A stretch of DNA of 64,000 bases from an uncultured Candidatus Rokubacteria bacterium (GCA_963826115.1 CAWGVS010000005.1:608001-672000); one strand, 5' to 3'. Shown: positions 10,584 through 20,022, counted from the stretch's first letter. Translations and numbers: made by a program. The notes: a model not told the origin generated them from the letters alone.

Positions 10584-11003
10584 GTGAAGATCGATACCAC
10601 GAGCGACTTCGGCAAGCGCGCGGCGGGGCGGCTCCGGGACGAGCTGATCTACTGGCTGGTGACGGTCGGGCCGGACGGCACGCCCGAGCCGAGCCCGGTG
10701 TGGGCGCTGTGGGACGGCGAGACGTTCCTGATCTACAGCCGGCCCGAGACGCCGAAGCTCCGGAACGTCGCGGCGCGGCCTCGCGTCGCGCTCCACCTCG
10801 ACGGCGACGGCCGGGGCGGCGACATCGTGATCGTGACCGGCGATGCACGTCTCGCGCCCGACGCGCCGCCCGCGGACCGGGTGCCCGAGTACGTCGCGAA
10901 GTACCGCGAGGGTCTCCGGCGGATCAACATGACGCCCGAGTCGTTCGCCCGCGCCTACTCGGTGGCGCTCCGCGTCACCCCCTCCCGTCTTCGCGGCCAC
11001 TGA
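10584..11003 (+). CDS. PPOX-class F420-dependent oxidoreductase (Rv3369-like)
   Basis: WLVTVGPDGTP..PVW..WDG, KLRNV..PRVALHL, YS..LRVTP motifs; SD GGAGG. Confidence 0.8.
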   Translation: MKIDTTSDFGKRAAGRLRDELIYWLVTVGPDGTPEPSPVWALWDGETFLIYSRPETPKLRNVAARPRVALHLDGDGRGGDIVIVTGDARLAPDAPPADRVPEYVAKYREGLRRINMTPESFARAYSVALRVTPSRLRGH

Positions 11004-11260
11004 CCCGGGGGCACGTCGCCGAGGCGCCGGCGCCTCGATGGTGATGCCAGACCCCTCGCGCTGCCAGGCACACGGGCGAGATCACGTGCCTCTCGCCCTG
11101 GCAGCAGCTCTGGCTCTGCTCCCGACCGGGCCCACTTGACGTCCGGCTCGCCCCGGCGGACTCTCGCGGGGGTCAGCGACGAGATTGGACCGGCCGCCTG
11201 GCCATTTGGGGCGAGGTGGTCGTTGCCGGAGAACACCAGAGAGACGAAAGAGGGACGACT

Positions 11261-11878
11261 GTGGACGCGATCGGGCTCCGCCGCCGTGTCGTGCGCCTGC
11301 TGCTGTTGATCGGACTCGGGGGAAGCCTGGCCTTCCCGTCGAGCGGGCCGGCCCAGGAGCCCACCCTTCCGCCGGAACTGGAGACCGTCCGCGCGGCCCT
11401 GGCGAAATATCAGGACTTCCTGGTCGCGGTTCGCGACGGCTACTTCTCCACGGTGGGATGTGTCCACTACCCGCAGCCGGGCGGGCCCGGACAGGTTCCG
11501 TATCCGGCCGGCGCGATGGGCATCCACTTCCTGAATGTCGCGCTCGTCGGCCCCGTGCCGGACCCGATGCGCCCGCCGATCCTCCTCTAGGAGCCGGTCG
11601 GCGACAAGCTTCGTCTGGTCGGGGCCGAATGGTTCGTCCCGCTGGCCACCGGGATCAAGGAGCGGCCCAGCGTGCTCGGGCGGCCCTTCGACGGCCCGAT
11701 GCACGGGCACGAGCCCCTCATGCCGCAGGGGCTCCACCACTACGACCTGCACGTGTGGCTCTGGAAGGAGAACCCGGCGGGGCTCTTCAGCCCGACCAAC
11801 CCCGCGGTCAAGTGCGACGGGTACGCCCACTCCATGGCCGAGGAGGCTCCGCACGTCGTCGCGCACCCCACGCCCTGA
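11261..11878 (+). pseudogene. Secreted hypothetical protein interrupted by one in-frame TAG (11588-11590)
   Basis: Signal peptide; frame continues past stop: PPILL*EPVGDKLRLVGAEW..HYDLHVWLWKENPAGLF; ORFs 11216 and 11672 share a frame. Confidence 0.7.
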
Positions 11879-11932
11879 TCTCGGGGTCGGGCGCGTTCTC
11901 GGGACGAGCCTCCGGAAGCGTCCGGCGCGGCC

Positions 11933-12253
11933 TCAGGCCATGAGGCCGCCGAGGATCGCGCCGAGGATCATCGGGCCCACCTGAGCCGCGACCAGCACGA
12001 AGCCGCCGGCGGCCGCGACGGCGCCGATCAGCGGCATGGTGGTGAGGACCGTCGCCAGCACGAAGAGCAGCGCGGCGACGACGAACGCGGGGATCAGCGA
12101 CGCCAGGATGCCACGGCCGACGCCGCCCGCCTTCCGACCCCCGACGATGCCGCCCAGGAGCGGCCCGACGAACGGCAGCCAGAAGAGCAGGAGGGTGATC
12201 ACCAGCATCCAGACGGACGCGCCGACGATGCTGCTGCGCCCGGAGCCGCTCAT
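11933..12253 (-). CDS. Small integral membrane protein (Gly-rich TM helices)
   Basis: Hydrophobic 106 aa ORF, GPLLGGIVGG; SD AAGGGAG. Confidence 0.75.
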   Translation of the reverse strand: MSGSGRSSIVGASVWMLVITLLLFWLPFVGPLLGGIVGGRKAGGVGRGILASLIPAFVVAALLFVLATVLTTMPLIGAVAAAGGFVLVAAQVGPMILGAILGGLMA

Positions 12254-12311
12254 GGTCGCTCCCTTCGGGTGAGTGGGGTCAGACTTTGACGGCCTGACAT
12301 TGCGCGGCCCG

Positions 12312-12926
12312 TCACCGCCGGCGAGTCTGGCCCCGCACCTCGGCGTGACGGAAGCAGTCGACGACGTGGTCGTTCACCAGGCCGGCGGCCTGCATGAAGG
12401 CGTAGCAGATCGTCGAGCCGACGAACGTGAATCCGCGCTTCTTGAGCGCGCGGCTGAGGGCGTCCGACTCCGGGGTGCGGGGCGGGACGTCCTTCAAGGT
12501 CCGCCGAGCGTTCTGGCGCGGCTCGCCGCCGACGAACTCCCACAGGAAGCGGTCGAAGCTCCCGAGCTCCTCGCGGAGCGCCAGGTACGCGCGCGCGTTG
12601 CGGACGGCGCCCTCGACCTTCAGGCGGTTCCGGACGATCCCGGGGTCGGCGAGGAGCGCCCGGACGCGCGCCGGCCGGTACGCGGCGATCTTCCGCGGGT
12701 CGAAGCGGTCGAACGCGCGCCGGTAGCCGGCGCGCTTCCGCAGGATCGTGATCCACGCGAGGCCCGCCTGGGCGCCCTCGAGGCACAAGAGCTCGAAGAG
12801 ACGGCGGTCGTCGTGGAGCGGCACGCCCCACTCGCGGTCGTGATACGCGCGGTAGAGCGGATCGGTGCCCGCCCAGCCGCAGCGGACGCGCTCGACGGGG
12901 TCGGGGAGCCCGGAACGGCGTGACAT
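12312..12926 (-). CDS. tag: DNA-3-methyladenine glycosylase I
   Basis: RCGW, YHDREWG, LEGAQAGL, IVRNRLK, GFTFVGSTICYAFMQA..NDH..C. Confidence 0.95.
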   Translation of the reverse strand: MSRRSGLPDPVERVRCGWAGTDPLYRAYHDREWGVPLHDDRRLFELLCLEGAQAGLAWITILRKRAGYRRAFDRFDPRKIAAYRPARVRALLADPGIVRNRLKVEGAVRNARAYLALREELGSFDRFLWEFVGGEPRQNARRTLKDVPPRTPESDALSRALKKRGFTFVGSTICYAFMQAAGLVNDHVVDCFRHAEVRGQTRRR

Positions 12927-12930
12927 GGCG

Positions 12931-12943
12931 TGCTATTATGCAA
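12931..12943. promoter_or_regulatory. Overlapping divergent -10 elements (tag / nfeD)
   Basis: Plus TG-C-TATTAT (12931-12939); minus CATAAT (12940-12935) in a 25 bp intergenic gap. Confidence 0.5.
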
Positions 12944-12951
12944 CCACTCTG

Positions 12952-14280
12952 ATGGCTCGCGCTGGGCGGGGGTGGTCTGTCGCCGGCCGTGTCCTCACCG
13001 GCCTCGCGTTGGGGCTCGCCCTGGCCACGTCGGCCGGGGCCGAGACGGTCTCGACGCTCGAGATCGACGGCGTCATCAGCCCGATCACGGTCCGCCTCGT
13101 CTCAGCGGCGATCGAGCGGGCCCGGGCCATCGGCGCCGAGGCGCTGGTCATCCAGCTCGACACGCCCGGCGGCCTCGAGCGCTCCATGCGCTCCATCGTG
13201 CGCGACATGCTCAACTCCCCGGTCCCGGTGATCGTCTACGTGTCGCCCACCGGCGCCCGGGCCGGCTCCGCCGGCGTGTTCATCACGATCGCCGCCCACG
13301 TCGCGGCCATGGCGCCCGCCACCAACATCGGCGCCGCGCACCCCGTGCCCGCCGGCGGCGGGACCATGGACAAGGAGATGAACCGGAAGGTCGAGAACGA
13401 CGCGGCGGCCTTCATCCGGTCGGTCGCGCGCGAGCGCGGCCGGAACCAGGACTGGGCCGAGAAGGCGGTGCGGAGCAGCGTCTCGGTGACCGAGCAGGAG
13501 GCGCTGAAGCTCGGGATCATCGACCTGGTGGCCGAGAATCTCCCCGACGTCCTGGCGAAGGCCGACGGCCGCTCGGTGAAGACGTCGCGCGGGCCCGTCA
13601 CGCTCCGCACGAAGGGGGCGACCGTGCAGCCGTTCGCCGTCGGATGGCGCGACCGCTTCCTCGCGCTGATCACCGATCCCAACATCGCGTACATCCTGCT
13701 CATGCTGGGCATGCTCGGGCTCTTCTTCGAGCTGGCGAACCCCGGGGTGATCCTGCCGGGCGTGATCGGCGGGATCTCGCTCATCCTGGCCTTCTTCGCG
13801 TTCCAGAGCTTGCCGATCAACTGGGCGGGGCTCCTCCTCATCCTGTTCGGCATCGTGCTCCTGATCGCGGAGATCAAGGTCGTGAGCCACGGCGTGCTGA
13901 CGATCGGCGGCATCATCGCGATCCTGCTGGGCTCGATGATGCTGCTGAACACGCCGGAGTTCCCGTTCCGCGTCTCGTGGACGGTGATCATCCCCGTGGT
14001 GGCGGTCACCGCGGGCATCTTCATGTTCGCGGTCTCGGCCGGGGTGAAGGCGCAGATGAGCCAGCCGACGACCGGGGCGTCCGGGCTGATCGCTGCGGTG
14101 GGCGTGGCACGGACGGCGATCGACCCCGAGGGCCAAGTGATGGTCCAGGGGGAGCTGTGGTCGGCGGTGTCGCCGGGCGCGGCGATCGCCGAGGGCGAAC
14201 GGGTGCGCATCGTCGCGGTCGAGGGCCTCCGGCTCCAGGTGGAGCGCGAGGCCCCAAATCCGGATACCGTCCGGGCCTGA
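12952..14280 (+). CDS. nfeD: NfeD family membrane-bound serine protease (ClpP-like domain)
   Basis: LDTPGG, AGSAG (catalytic Ser), TNIGAAHP, KVEND (Lys), TM region, C-terminal GELW OB fold; paired with slipin. Confidence 0.92.
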   Translation: MARAGRGWSVAGRVLTGLALGLALATSAGAETVSTLEIDGVISPITVRLVSAAIERARAIGAEALVIQLDTPGGLERSMRSIVRDMLNSPVPVIVYVSPTGARAGSAGVFITIAAHVAAMAPATNIGAAHPVPAGGGTMDKEMNRKVENDAAAFIRSVARERGRNQDWAEKAVRSSVSVTEQEALKLGIIDLVAENLPDVLAKADGRSVKTSRGPVTLRTKGATVQPFAVGWRDRFLALITDPNIAYILLMLGMLGLFFELANPGVILPGVIGGISLILAFFAFQSLPINWAGLLLILFGIVLLIAEIKVVSHGVLTIGGIIAILLGSMMLLNTPEFPFRVSWTVIIPVVAVTAGIFMFAVSAGVKAQMSQPTTGASGLIAAVGVARTAIDPEGQVMVQGELWSAVSPGAAIAEGERVRIVAVEGLRLQVEREAPNPDTVRA

Positions 14281-14298
14281 CGACCTGAGGGGAGAGGC

Positions 14299-15078
14299 AT
14301 GGAAACTGCCATCTACATCGTGCCGGCGTTGGTCATCCTGCTGTTCCTGTTCAGCTCGGCGATCAAGATCCTGCGCGAGTACGAGCGCGCGGTGGTCTTC
14401 CGCCTCGGGCGCCTGGTGCCGAGCAAGGGCCAGCGACCGGGCGTCATCCTGCTGTTTCCCTTCGTCGACAAGATGGTGAAGGTGAGCCTCCGCACCGTGG
14501 CCATGGACGTCGCGCCCCAGGACGTGATCACTCGGGACAACGTGTCCATCAAGGTCAACGCCGTGATCTTCTTCCGCGTCATCGACCCCCGGCAGGCCGT
14601 CGTCCAGGTCGAGGACTATCTCTACGCGACGTCGCAGATCGCGCAGACCACGCTCCGGAGCGTGCTGGGCCAGGTCGAGCTCGACGACCTCCTGGCCTCG
14701 CGCGACCAGGTGAACCAGAAGCTCCAGCGGATCATCGACCAGCACACCGATCCCTGGGGCGTGAAGGTGACGGCGGTCGAGGTCAAGCACGTGGACCTCC
14801 CGCAGGACATGCAGCGGGCGATGTCGAAACAGGCGGAGGCCGAGCGCGAGCGGCGGGCGAAGGTCATCAACGCCGAGGGTGAGTTTCAGGCGGCGGAGAA
14901 GCTGGCCCAGGCGGCCCTGGTCCTCGCGCAGACCCCGATCGCGGTCCAGCTCCGTTTCCTCCAGACCATGCGTGAGGTCGCCTCCGAGCGGAACACGACC
15001 ACGTTCTTCCCGATCCCGATCGACCTCTTCTCACCATTCCTCACGGCGGCCGGGGGTGCGGGCGCGTCGAAGTCCTGA
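14299..15078 (+). CDS. Slipin / stomatin (SPFH) family protein
   Basis: [38 protein letters not shown]. Confidence 0.95.
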   Translation: METAIYIVPALVILLFLFSSAIKILREYERAVVFRLGRLVPSKGQRPGVILLFPFVDKMVKVSLRTVAMDVAPQDVITRDNVSIKVNAVIFFRVIDPRQAVVQVEDYLYATSQIAQTTLRSVLGQVELDDLLASRDQVNQKLQRIIDQHTDPWGVKVTAVEVKHVDLPQDMQRAMSKQAEAERERRAKVINAEGEFQAAEKLAQAALVLAQTPIAVQLRFLQTMREVASERNTTTFFPIPIDLFSPFLTAAGGAGASKS

Positions 15079-15092
15079 CCGGCTCACCGACC

Positions 15093-17186
15093 GTGCCGGA
15101 CCCGGATCCGCCGCTCCACCGCGGTGGTCGCGGGGGAGTCGACGTCGCGATCACGGCGACGGCGATCGGGGTCGGCGCCTTCCTGCTGTTCGGGATCCAG
15201 CCGATCGTCGCCAAGCGCCTCCTGCCGTGGTTCGGCGGCTCGGCGGCGGTGTGGATGACCTGCCTCGTCTTCTTCCAGACCGGGCTCCTCGCGGGCTACC
15301 TCTACGCGCACGTGCTCCACCGCCGGCTGTCGGCGCGAGCGCAGGCGCGCGCGCACATCGTCGCGCTCATCCTGAGCCTCCCGGCCCTCCGCTTCCTGCT
15401 GACCGCCGCGCCGGCGCCGGGCCTGGAGGCCCAGCCGATGCTCGGCGTGCTGCGTCTCCTCGCGCTCACGGTCGGCCTGCCCTACGTGCTCCTCGCGAGC
15501 ACGGGCCCACTCCTCCAGTCGTGGCTCGCGCGCCGGCCGGCCACGGCGCCTCCGTACTGGCTCTTCGCGCTGTCGAACCTCGCGTCCCTGGCGGCCCTGG
15601 TCGCCTATCCGGTGCTCGTGGAGCCGTCCGTCCCGTGGAGCCTTCAGGCGATCGGGTGGGCGGTCGCCTACGCGGGCTTCGCCACGCTGTCGGTCGCCGC
15701 CGCGCTCCGGGCGGCCGGCCAGCCTGTCCCGGCGCCCGAGGAGGCCGCGGCGGTCGCCGCGCCGGGCTGGGGCGAGCGGAGCTTCTGGGTCGCGCTCTCC
15801 GCCTGTGGCGCGCTCCTCCTCCTGGCGGTCACCGCGTACATCACGCTCCAGATCGTGCCCGCGCCGCTCCTCTGGGTGGTGCCGCTCGCCGCGTACCTCC
15901 TGACCTTCGTGCTGTGCTTCGAGTGGCCCAGGCTCTACTGGCGCCCAGCCTGGCTGGTCCTCCTCCCGGCGGCGCTCGGGGGCATGTCGTACGCGGAGCG
16001 GCAGGGGCTGAGCGAGCTGGCCGGGGCCTGGCGAGTGGCGATCTTCGTCGCCGGGCTCTTCGTCTGCTGCATGGTGTGTCACGGCGAGATCGCGCGCCGC
16101 CGCCCCGCCGCGCCGTGGCTCACGACGTACTACCTCCTGATCGCGCTCGGCGGAGCGCTCGGCGGGATGTTCGCGGGACTCGCCGGCCCCTTGCTGTTCC
16201 GCCACCTGATCGAGCTGCCCGTCGCGCTGGTCCTGACCGCGCTGCTCGGCGTGCTGGCCGTGCTCCAGGCGCTCTGGCCGCGCGTCCCCCAGCCGGTCCG
16301 GCTCGCGGGGGTCGCCGTGCTGCCATTCGCCCTCGGCGTCTACGCCATGTGGATCGTCCAGGGCGAGTGGAACGCGGCGCGCGGGTACCGCTTCGTCCGG
16401 AGCTTCTACGGCCAGCTTGGTCTGAGGGACGATGGACACCGCGGCGAGGAGTCGGAGTCGCGCACGCTCGTCCACGGCGGCATCATCCACGGGACGCAGT
16501 GGCTTCACGAGTCGCGGCGGCGCCAGCCCACGACCTACTACTGCGAGACGTCAGGCGTCGGCCGGGTGATGGAGCTCCTGCCGGCCGAGCGGCCGCGCCG
16601 CGTCGGGATGGTCGGGCTCGGAACCGGCACGCTGGTCGCCTACGGGCGGCGAGGCGACGTGTACCGAGTCTACGAGATCAACCCGCAGGTCGTGCGGCTC
16701 GCCGAGACGGAGTTCAGCTTCCTCCCCGATTCACCGGCCGGGGTCACGATCGCCCTGGGCGACGCGCGGCTCCGGCTCGAGGCCGAGCCGCCGCAGGGCT
16801 TCGACCTCCTGGCCGTCGACGCCTTCTCGGGCGACTCGGTCCCCGCGCATCTCCTGACCCGGGAGGCGCTCGAGCTCTACGCGCGACACCTCGGGCCTGG
16901 CGGTATCCTCGCGCTCCACCTGTCGAACCGCTTCATCGACTTCGAGCCCGTGGTGGCCGCGGGGGCGCACGCGCTCGGCCGGCCCGCGCTGAACGTGCTG
17001 GGAGACGGCGACGCCGCGCGACTCTGCTACGACTCCCAGTGGATCCTGATCCCGCCGGCGGACGCGCGGACGCGCTACCCGACCCTCTTCCCGCTCGGCG
17101 CCGTGCTCGAGCCCACGCCGGGATTCCGGCCGTGGACTGACGAGCGCTGGAGCCTCTTCCCGGTGCTCCGGAAGGGTCTGCGCTGA
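15093..17186 (+). CDS. Fused membrane / spermidine synthase-like SAM-binding protein
   Basis: Many TM helices (PWFGGSAAVW) plus C-terminal VGLGTG, YEINP, GDAR, VDAFSGD..HLLT motifs. Confidence 0.85.
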   Translation: MPDPDPPLHRGGRGGVDVAITATAIGVGAFLLFGIQPIVAKRLLPWFGGSAAVWMTCLVFFQTGLLAGYLYAHVLHRRLSARAQARAHIVALILSLPALRFLLTAAPAPGLEAQPMLGVLRLLALTVGLPYVLLASTGPLLQSWLARRPATAPPYWLFALSNLASLAALVAYPVLVEPSVPWSLQAIGWAVAYAGFATLSVAAALRAAGQPVPAPEEAAAVAAPGWGERSFWVALSACGALLLLAVTAYITLQIVPAPLLWVVPLAAYLLTFVLCFEWPRLYWRPAWLVLLPAALGGMSYAERQGLSELAGAWRVAIFVAGLFVCCMVCHGEIARRRPAAPWLTTYYLLIALGGALGGMFAGLAGPLLFRHLIELPVALVLTALLGVLAVLQALWPRVPQPVRLAGVAVLPFALGVYAMWIVQGEWNAARGYRFVRSFYGQLGLRDDGHRGEESESRTLVHGGIIHGTQWLHESRRRQPTTYYCETSGVGRVMELLPAERPRRVGMVGLGTGTLVAYGRRGDVYRVYEINPQVVRLAETEFSFLPDSPAGVTIALGDARLRLEAEPPQGFDLLAVDAFSGDSVPAHLLTREALELYARHLGPGGILALHLSNRFIDFEPVVAAGAHALGRPALNVLGDGDAARLCYDSQWILIPPADARTRYPTLFPLGAVLEPTPGFRPWTDERWSLFPVLRKGLR

Positions 17187-17201
17187 CGGAGACGCGCGCT
17201 A

Positions 17202-17348
17202 CTACGGTGGCGGGATAATGATCTCGTCTTCGCCGGGCGACCCGTCGAGTACTCCGGCGTACTGGATCTCTCGCGCGAGATCCTCGGGGGTAAGCACCTG
17301 CTCGACGCGCGGCGGCTCGTAGGCGGAGGACTCGGGCGGCTCCGTCAT
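17202..17348 (-). CDS. 48-aa peptide, RiPP-precursor-like
   Basis: SD AAGGAGGG, ATG 17348, tandem TAG TAG, upstream TG-A-TAGCTT; MTEPPESSAYEPPRVEQVLTPEDLAREIQYAGVLDGSPGEDEIIIPPP. Confidence 0.65.
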   Translation of the reverse strand: MTEPPESSAYEPPRVEQVLTPEDLAREIQYAGVLDGSPGEDEIIIPPP

Positions 17349-17444
17349 GCGGCGACCCTCCTTGGTCGGGTGACCACGCCTCGAAGCTATCACGCGGCCG
17401 CGTTTCGGGCAGGGAAGTGGTGGGCGCGAGCGGGGGCGTCACAG

Positions 17445-17473
17445 TGGACGAAAGGGATCGGGCCGTGTATCGT
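17445..17473 (+). promoter_or_regulatory. Sigma70-type promoter of tRNA-Ala
   Basis: TGGACG, 17 bp, TATCGT; 9 nt upstream of mature tRNA. Confidence 0.6.
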
Positions 17474-17482
17474 ACTTGCCGC

Positions 17483-17559
17483 GGGGGGTTAGCTCAGCCC
17501 GGGAGAGCGCTGGAATCGCACTCCAGAGGTCGAGGGTTCGAATCCCTTACCCTCCACCA
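17483..17559 (+). tRNA. tRNA-Ala (anticodon CGC)
   Basis: Cloverleaf: GGGGGGT/ACCCTCC acceptor with G3:U70, GCTC/GAGC D-stem, CTGGA-ATCGCAC-TCCAG anticodon arm, TTCGAAT loop, encoded CCA. Confidence 0.97.
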
Positions 17560-17564
17560 CTTCC

Positions 17565-17590
17565 AAGGCCGCGCCGAACGCGGCCTTTCT
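17565..17590 (+). terminator. Intrinsic terminator-like hairpin after tRNA
   Basis: AAGGCCGCG-ccgaa-CGCGGCCTT followed by TCT. Confidence 0.6.
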
Positions 17591-17597
17591 GCATGTT

Positions 17598-17635
17598 GAC
17601 GGGCGGCCTCGAGCGAAGGCTTGGGGCCGCCCGTC
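17598..17635. repeat. 17-bp-stem inverted repeat (GAAG loop) between convergent transcripts
   Basis: GACGGGCGGCCTCGAGC-GAAG-GCTTGGGGCCGCCCGTC with two G-T pairs. Confidence 0.6.
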
Positions 17636-17682
17636 GTCAACTCTCCGTGAGACCGCGTGCCGCGGGCCCGGCCGCCCGCTGA

Positions 17683-18066
17683 TCAGCGGGCGGCGTCGGC
17701 CATGATCGCGACGACCGTGTCCTCGACCTCCTCCGCCACGCGTTTGAGATCGGAGTTCCCGAAGACGCCGATCAGGGCGGTGGGTCGGATGGTGGCGAGC
17801 TTCGCCTTCCCGTCCTCCTCGTACACCGAGATCCGGCACGGGAGGGCCGTCGAGACCTGGAGGTTGGCCTCCAGCACCCTCTTCGCCTGATGGGGGTTGC
17901 ACACCTCGAAGATCCGGCACTCGGGCGCGAGCGTCACGCCCTTCTCGGCCATCTTCGCCTTGAGGTCATGTACGCCCAGCACGCCGAACTTGTGGCGCGC
18001 CACGGCCTGCTCGAGATCGGCGATCACGCGCGCCAAGGGCTTGATCGACTCGACGATGTGCAGCAT
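17683..18066 (-). CDS. DUF302 domain protein
   Basis: FGVLGVHDLK..KG..IFEVCNP..LPCRISVYE signature; alternative GTG start at 18090. Confidence 0.85.
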   Translation of the reverse strand: MLHIVESIKPLARVIADLEQAVARHKFGVLGVHDLKAKMAEKGVTLAPECRIFEVCNPHQAKRVLEANLQVSTALPCRISVYEEDGKAKLATIRPTALIGVFGNSDLKRVAEEVEDTVVAIMADAAR

Positions 18067-18089
18067 TGGCGTCCCCGCCCGCCTGGCCA

Positions 18090-18485
18090 CTACTTGGGCG
18101 TGCCCATCATGTCCGACATGCGCTTCTGCATCTCGGCCATGTGCTCCATCATCTTGGACATCTCGGGCATGCCCATGGGTCCCGTCATCATCCCGCCGCC
18201 CATGCCGCCTCTCGCGCCCATGCCGCCCATCAAGGTCCCCATCTGCTTCATGAGGTCGCCCATCTGCTTCATCCGCTCCGGCGACATCTGACCGCCGGCG
18301 ATCATCTCTCCCATCTGCTCCATCAGCCCGCCCATCTGCTGCATGATGCCCATCATCTGCTGGTGCATCCCGCGCATCATGCCGGGCCCCATGGGCCCCA
18401 TGCCGGGGGATGGGGCTTGCTGTGCGGACGCCACGCCGGATGCGCCCAGTGCGACGGCCAGCAGGATCGTCAGGATCGTCTTCAT
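18090..18485 (-). CDS. Secreted methionine-rich protein (putative Cu/Ag-binding)
   Basis: Signal peptide ending ASA; very Met/Gly-rich helical repeats; SD AAGGAGGG. Confidence 0.8.
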   Translation of the reverse strand: MKTILTILLAVALGASGVASAQQAPSPGMGPMGPGMMRGMHQQMMGIMQQMGGLMEQMGEMIAGGQMSPERMKQMGDLMKQMGTLMGGMGARGGMGGGMMTGPMGMPEMSKMMEHMAEMQKRMSDMMGTPK

Positions 18486-18524
18486 GATTCAGCCCTCCTT
18501 CGGTCTCGGCCCGGACTCTGTCAT

Positions 18525-18540
18525 GGCAACTCCTGGGCCA
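18525..18540 (-). promoter_or_regulatory. Sigma54 (-24/-12) promoter
   Basis: Minus strand TGGCCC-AGGAG-TTGCC (GG-N10-GC); IHF-like TTTCAGTATCTTG at 18570-18558. Confidence 0.65.
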
Positions 18541-18798
18541 GTCGGAAGGGTGAGCCGCAAGATACTGAAAGATAGTTGATTGGACACCGGCCCGCCGTGA
18601 CTCACTGGCTGGCGGGACTGGATTCGCTGGGGCACGCCGTCACCGGCTGGGGCGCTGATGCCTCAGGCGGCACCGCACCTGGGGAAGGGGGCGGTCAGTC
18701 CCGAGCCTCCAGCCTCCGCGGGCGAGGTCGGGCCCCGCCGCCGGGACGGTCGCGGAGACCTGCCAGAAGATGGGGGGTGGCTACCACCCTGAACGCCA

Positions 18799-19528
18799 CT
18801 AGGGGCGCGGGAGGAACCGGAGGCTCCGCACCGACGGCTCCCACTCGGGCCGGAGCGTGTCGACGAGGAGCGGGCCGGTCACGGTGCCCTGGACGTACCG
18901 CTCGCTCGCGCTGACCAGGACGAGCGTGGGCGTCCGCGCGCTCGGGTGGCGGCACACGAGGTTGTCCCGCAGGACGCCGACGAGGACCGCGCCACGCGCG
19001 CCGGGGTTGTTCCGCTCCTCGACCACCGCGTCGAAGCGCACGCACTCGGCGCCGGGCGACGCGTCCGCGTGGAACGAGGACTGGACGACCGTGAACCGGG
19101 GCTCGGGCCGGATGAAGCGCTGCTCGATGAAGGCGAACAGCTCCGCCGGCGTGTCCACCTTCGCGTCTCTCGGCACCTCGTCCGCGATGGTCAGGAGGCC
19201 GAAGGTGTGGAGAATGTCGGTCGGGGAAGGCCGCTGCTCGACGAGCCGACCCAGCAAGGGATGCGTGCTGGAACACGACTCCGCGCGAATCGCGGCGCCC
19301 GACGCACCAGTGGCTGCCTTTCGGCGGGAGGACCGAGTAGCCCCAGGTGGGGAACTCGACGCGCTCTTCCGGACCCGGCACCGACATCATGTGAAGCGTC
19401 TGGCAGGTGATCGCGATCGGCGCGGGCAAGCGATTCGACGACGCGCATCCGGTCGCGACGGCCGCCAGCGCGAGCAGGGCGGCGCCGCGCGGCCACGCGG
19501 TCACGCTCGGTCGAGCCCGCCCCGTCAT
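18799..19528 (-). CDS. Hypothetical lipoprotein, one extra base near 19270-19271
   Basis: Lipobox VATG-C; removing one C from TTCC joins ORF 18695..19567 N-part to ORF 18799..19257 (VFSTHPLLGRLVEQ). Confidence 0.55.
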
Positions 19529-19731
19529 GACGGGGGCATCGTAGTTGAAGGCTTCGCTCCGCCGCAACTCGTGAGCAGGACGCCCGGATGCCGACGAGCG
19601 AAGCGCGGCGGCGGGGCTAGTCGTCCGGAGTCACGACGCTGCCCTGGACGAGCGGCAGGCGCACACGGGAACCTCGGGGTACCCGGTTGCGTCCCGGCTC
19701 GATCGACTCCTATCGTTCGCCTCGGGAGCCG

Positions 19732-20022
19732 ATGGGAACGGAGGAGACGCGCGCGTGCCCGGTGTGCCGTCAGCCCGCAAGGGTCATCGACTGGCACCCG
19801 ATCACGGCCTGGCTGCTGGTCGAGGGATGCTCCTGCGGCGGCTACTTCGTCTGGAAGCCGCTGTGGGAGCAGCGGATGCCTGAATTCGGGGACGCGGAGC
19901 GAGAGGCGCTCGCCCTGCGCCTCCGCGAGGCGCGCTCGCGCGCCGGCGAGGTGTGGCTCACGACGCGGGACGGCCGGGTCGGCGGGCCGTTGGTCATCGC
20001 GCCCGATCCGACCCGGCCGTAG
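19732..20022 (+). CDS. Small Cys-rich hypothetical protein (CPVC...CSCG)
   Basis: ATG 19732 with GGAG SD and TATCGT -10 at 19711; 96 aa. Confidence 0.55.
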   Translation: MGTEETRACPVCRQPARVIDWHPITAWLLVEGCSCGGYFVWKPLWEQRMPEFGDAEREALALRLREARSRAGEVWLTTRDGRVGGPLVIAPDPTRP

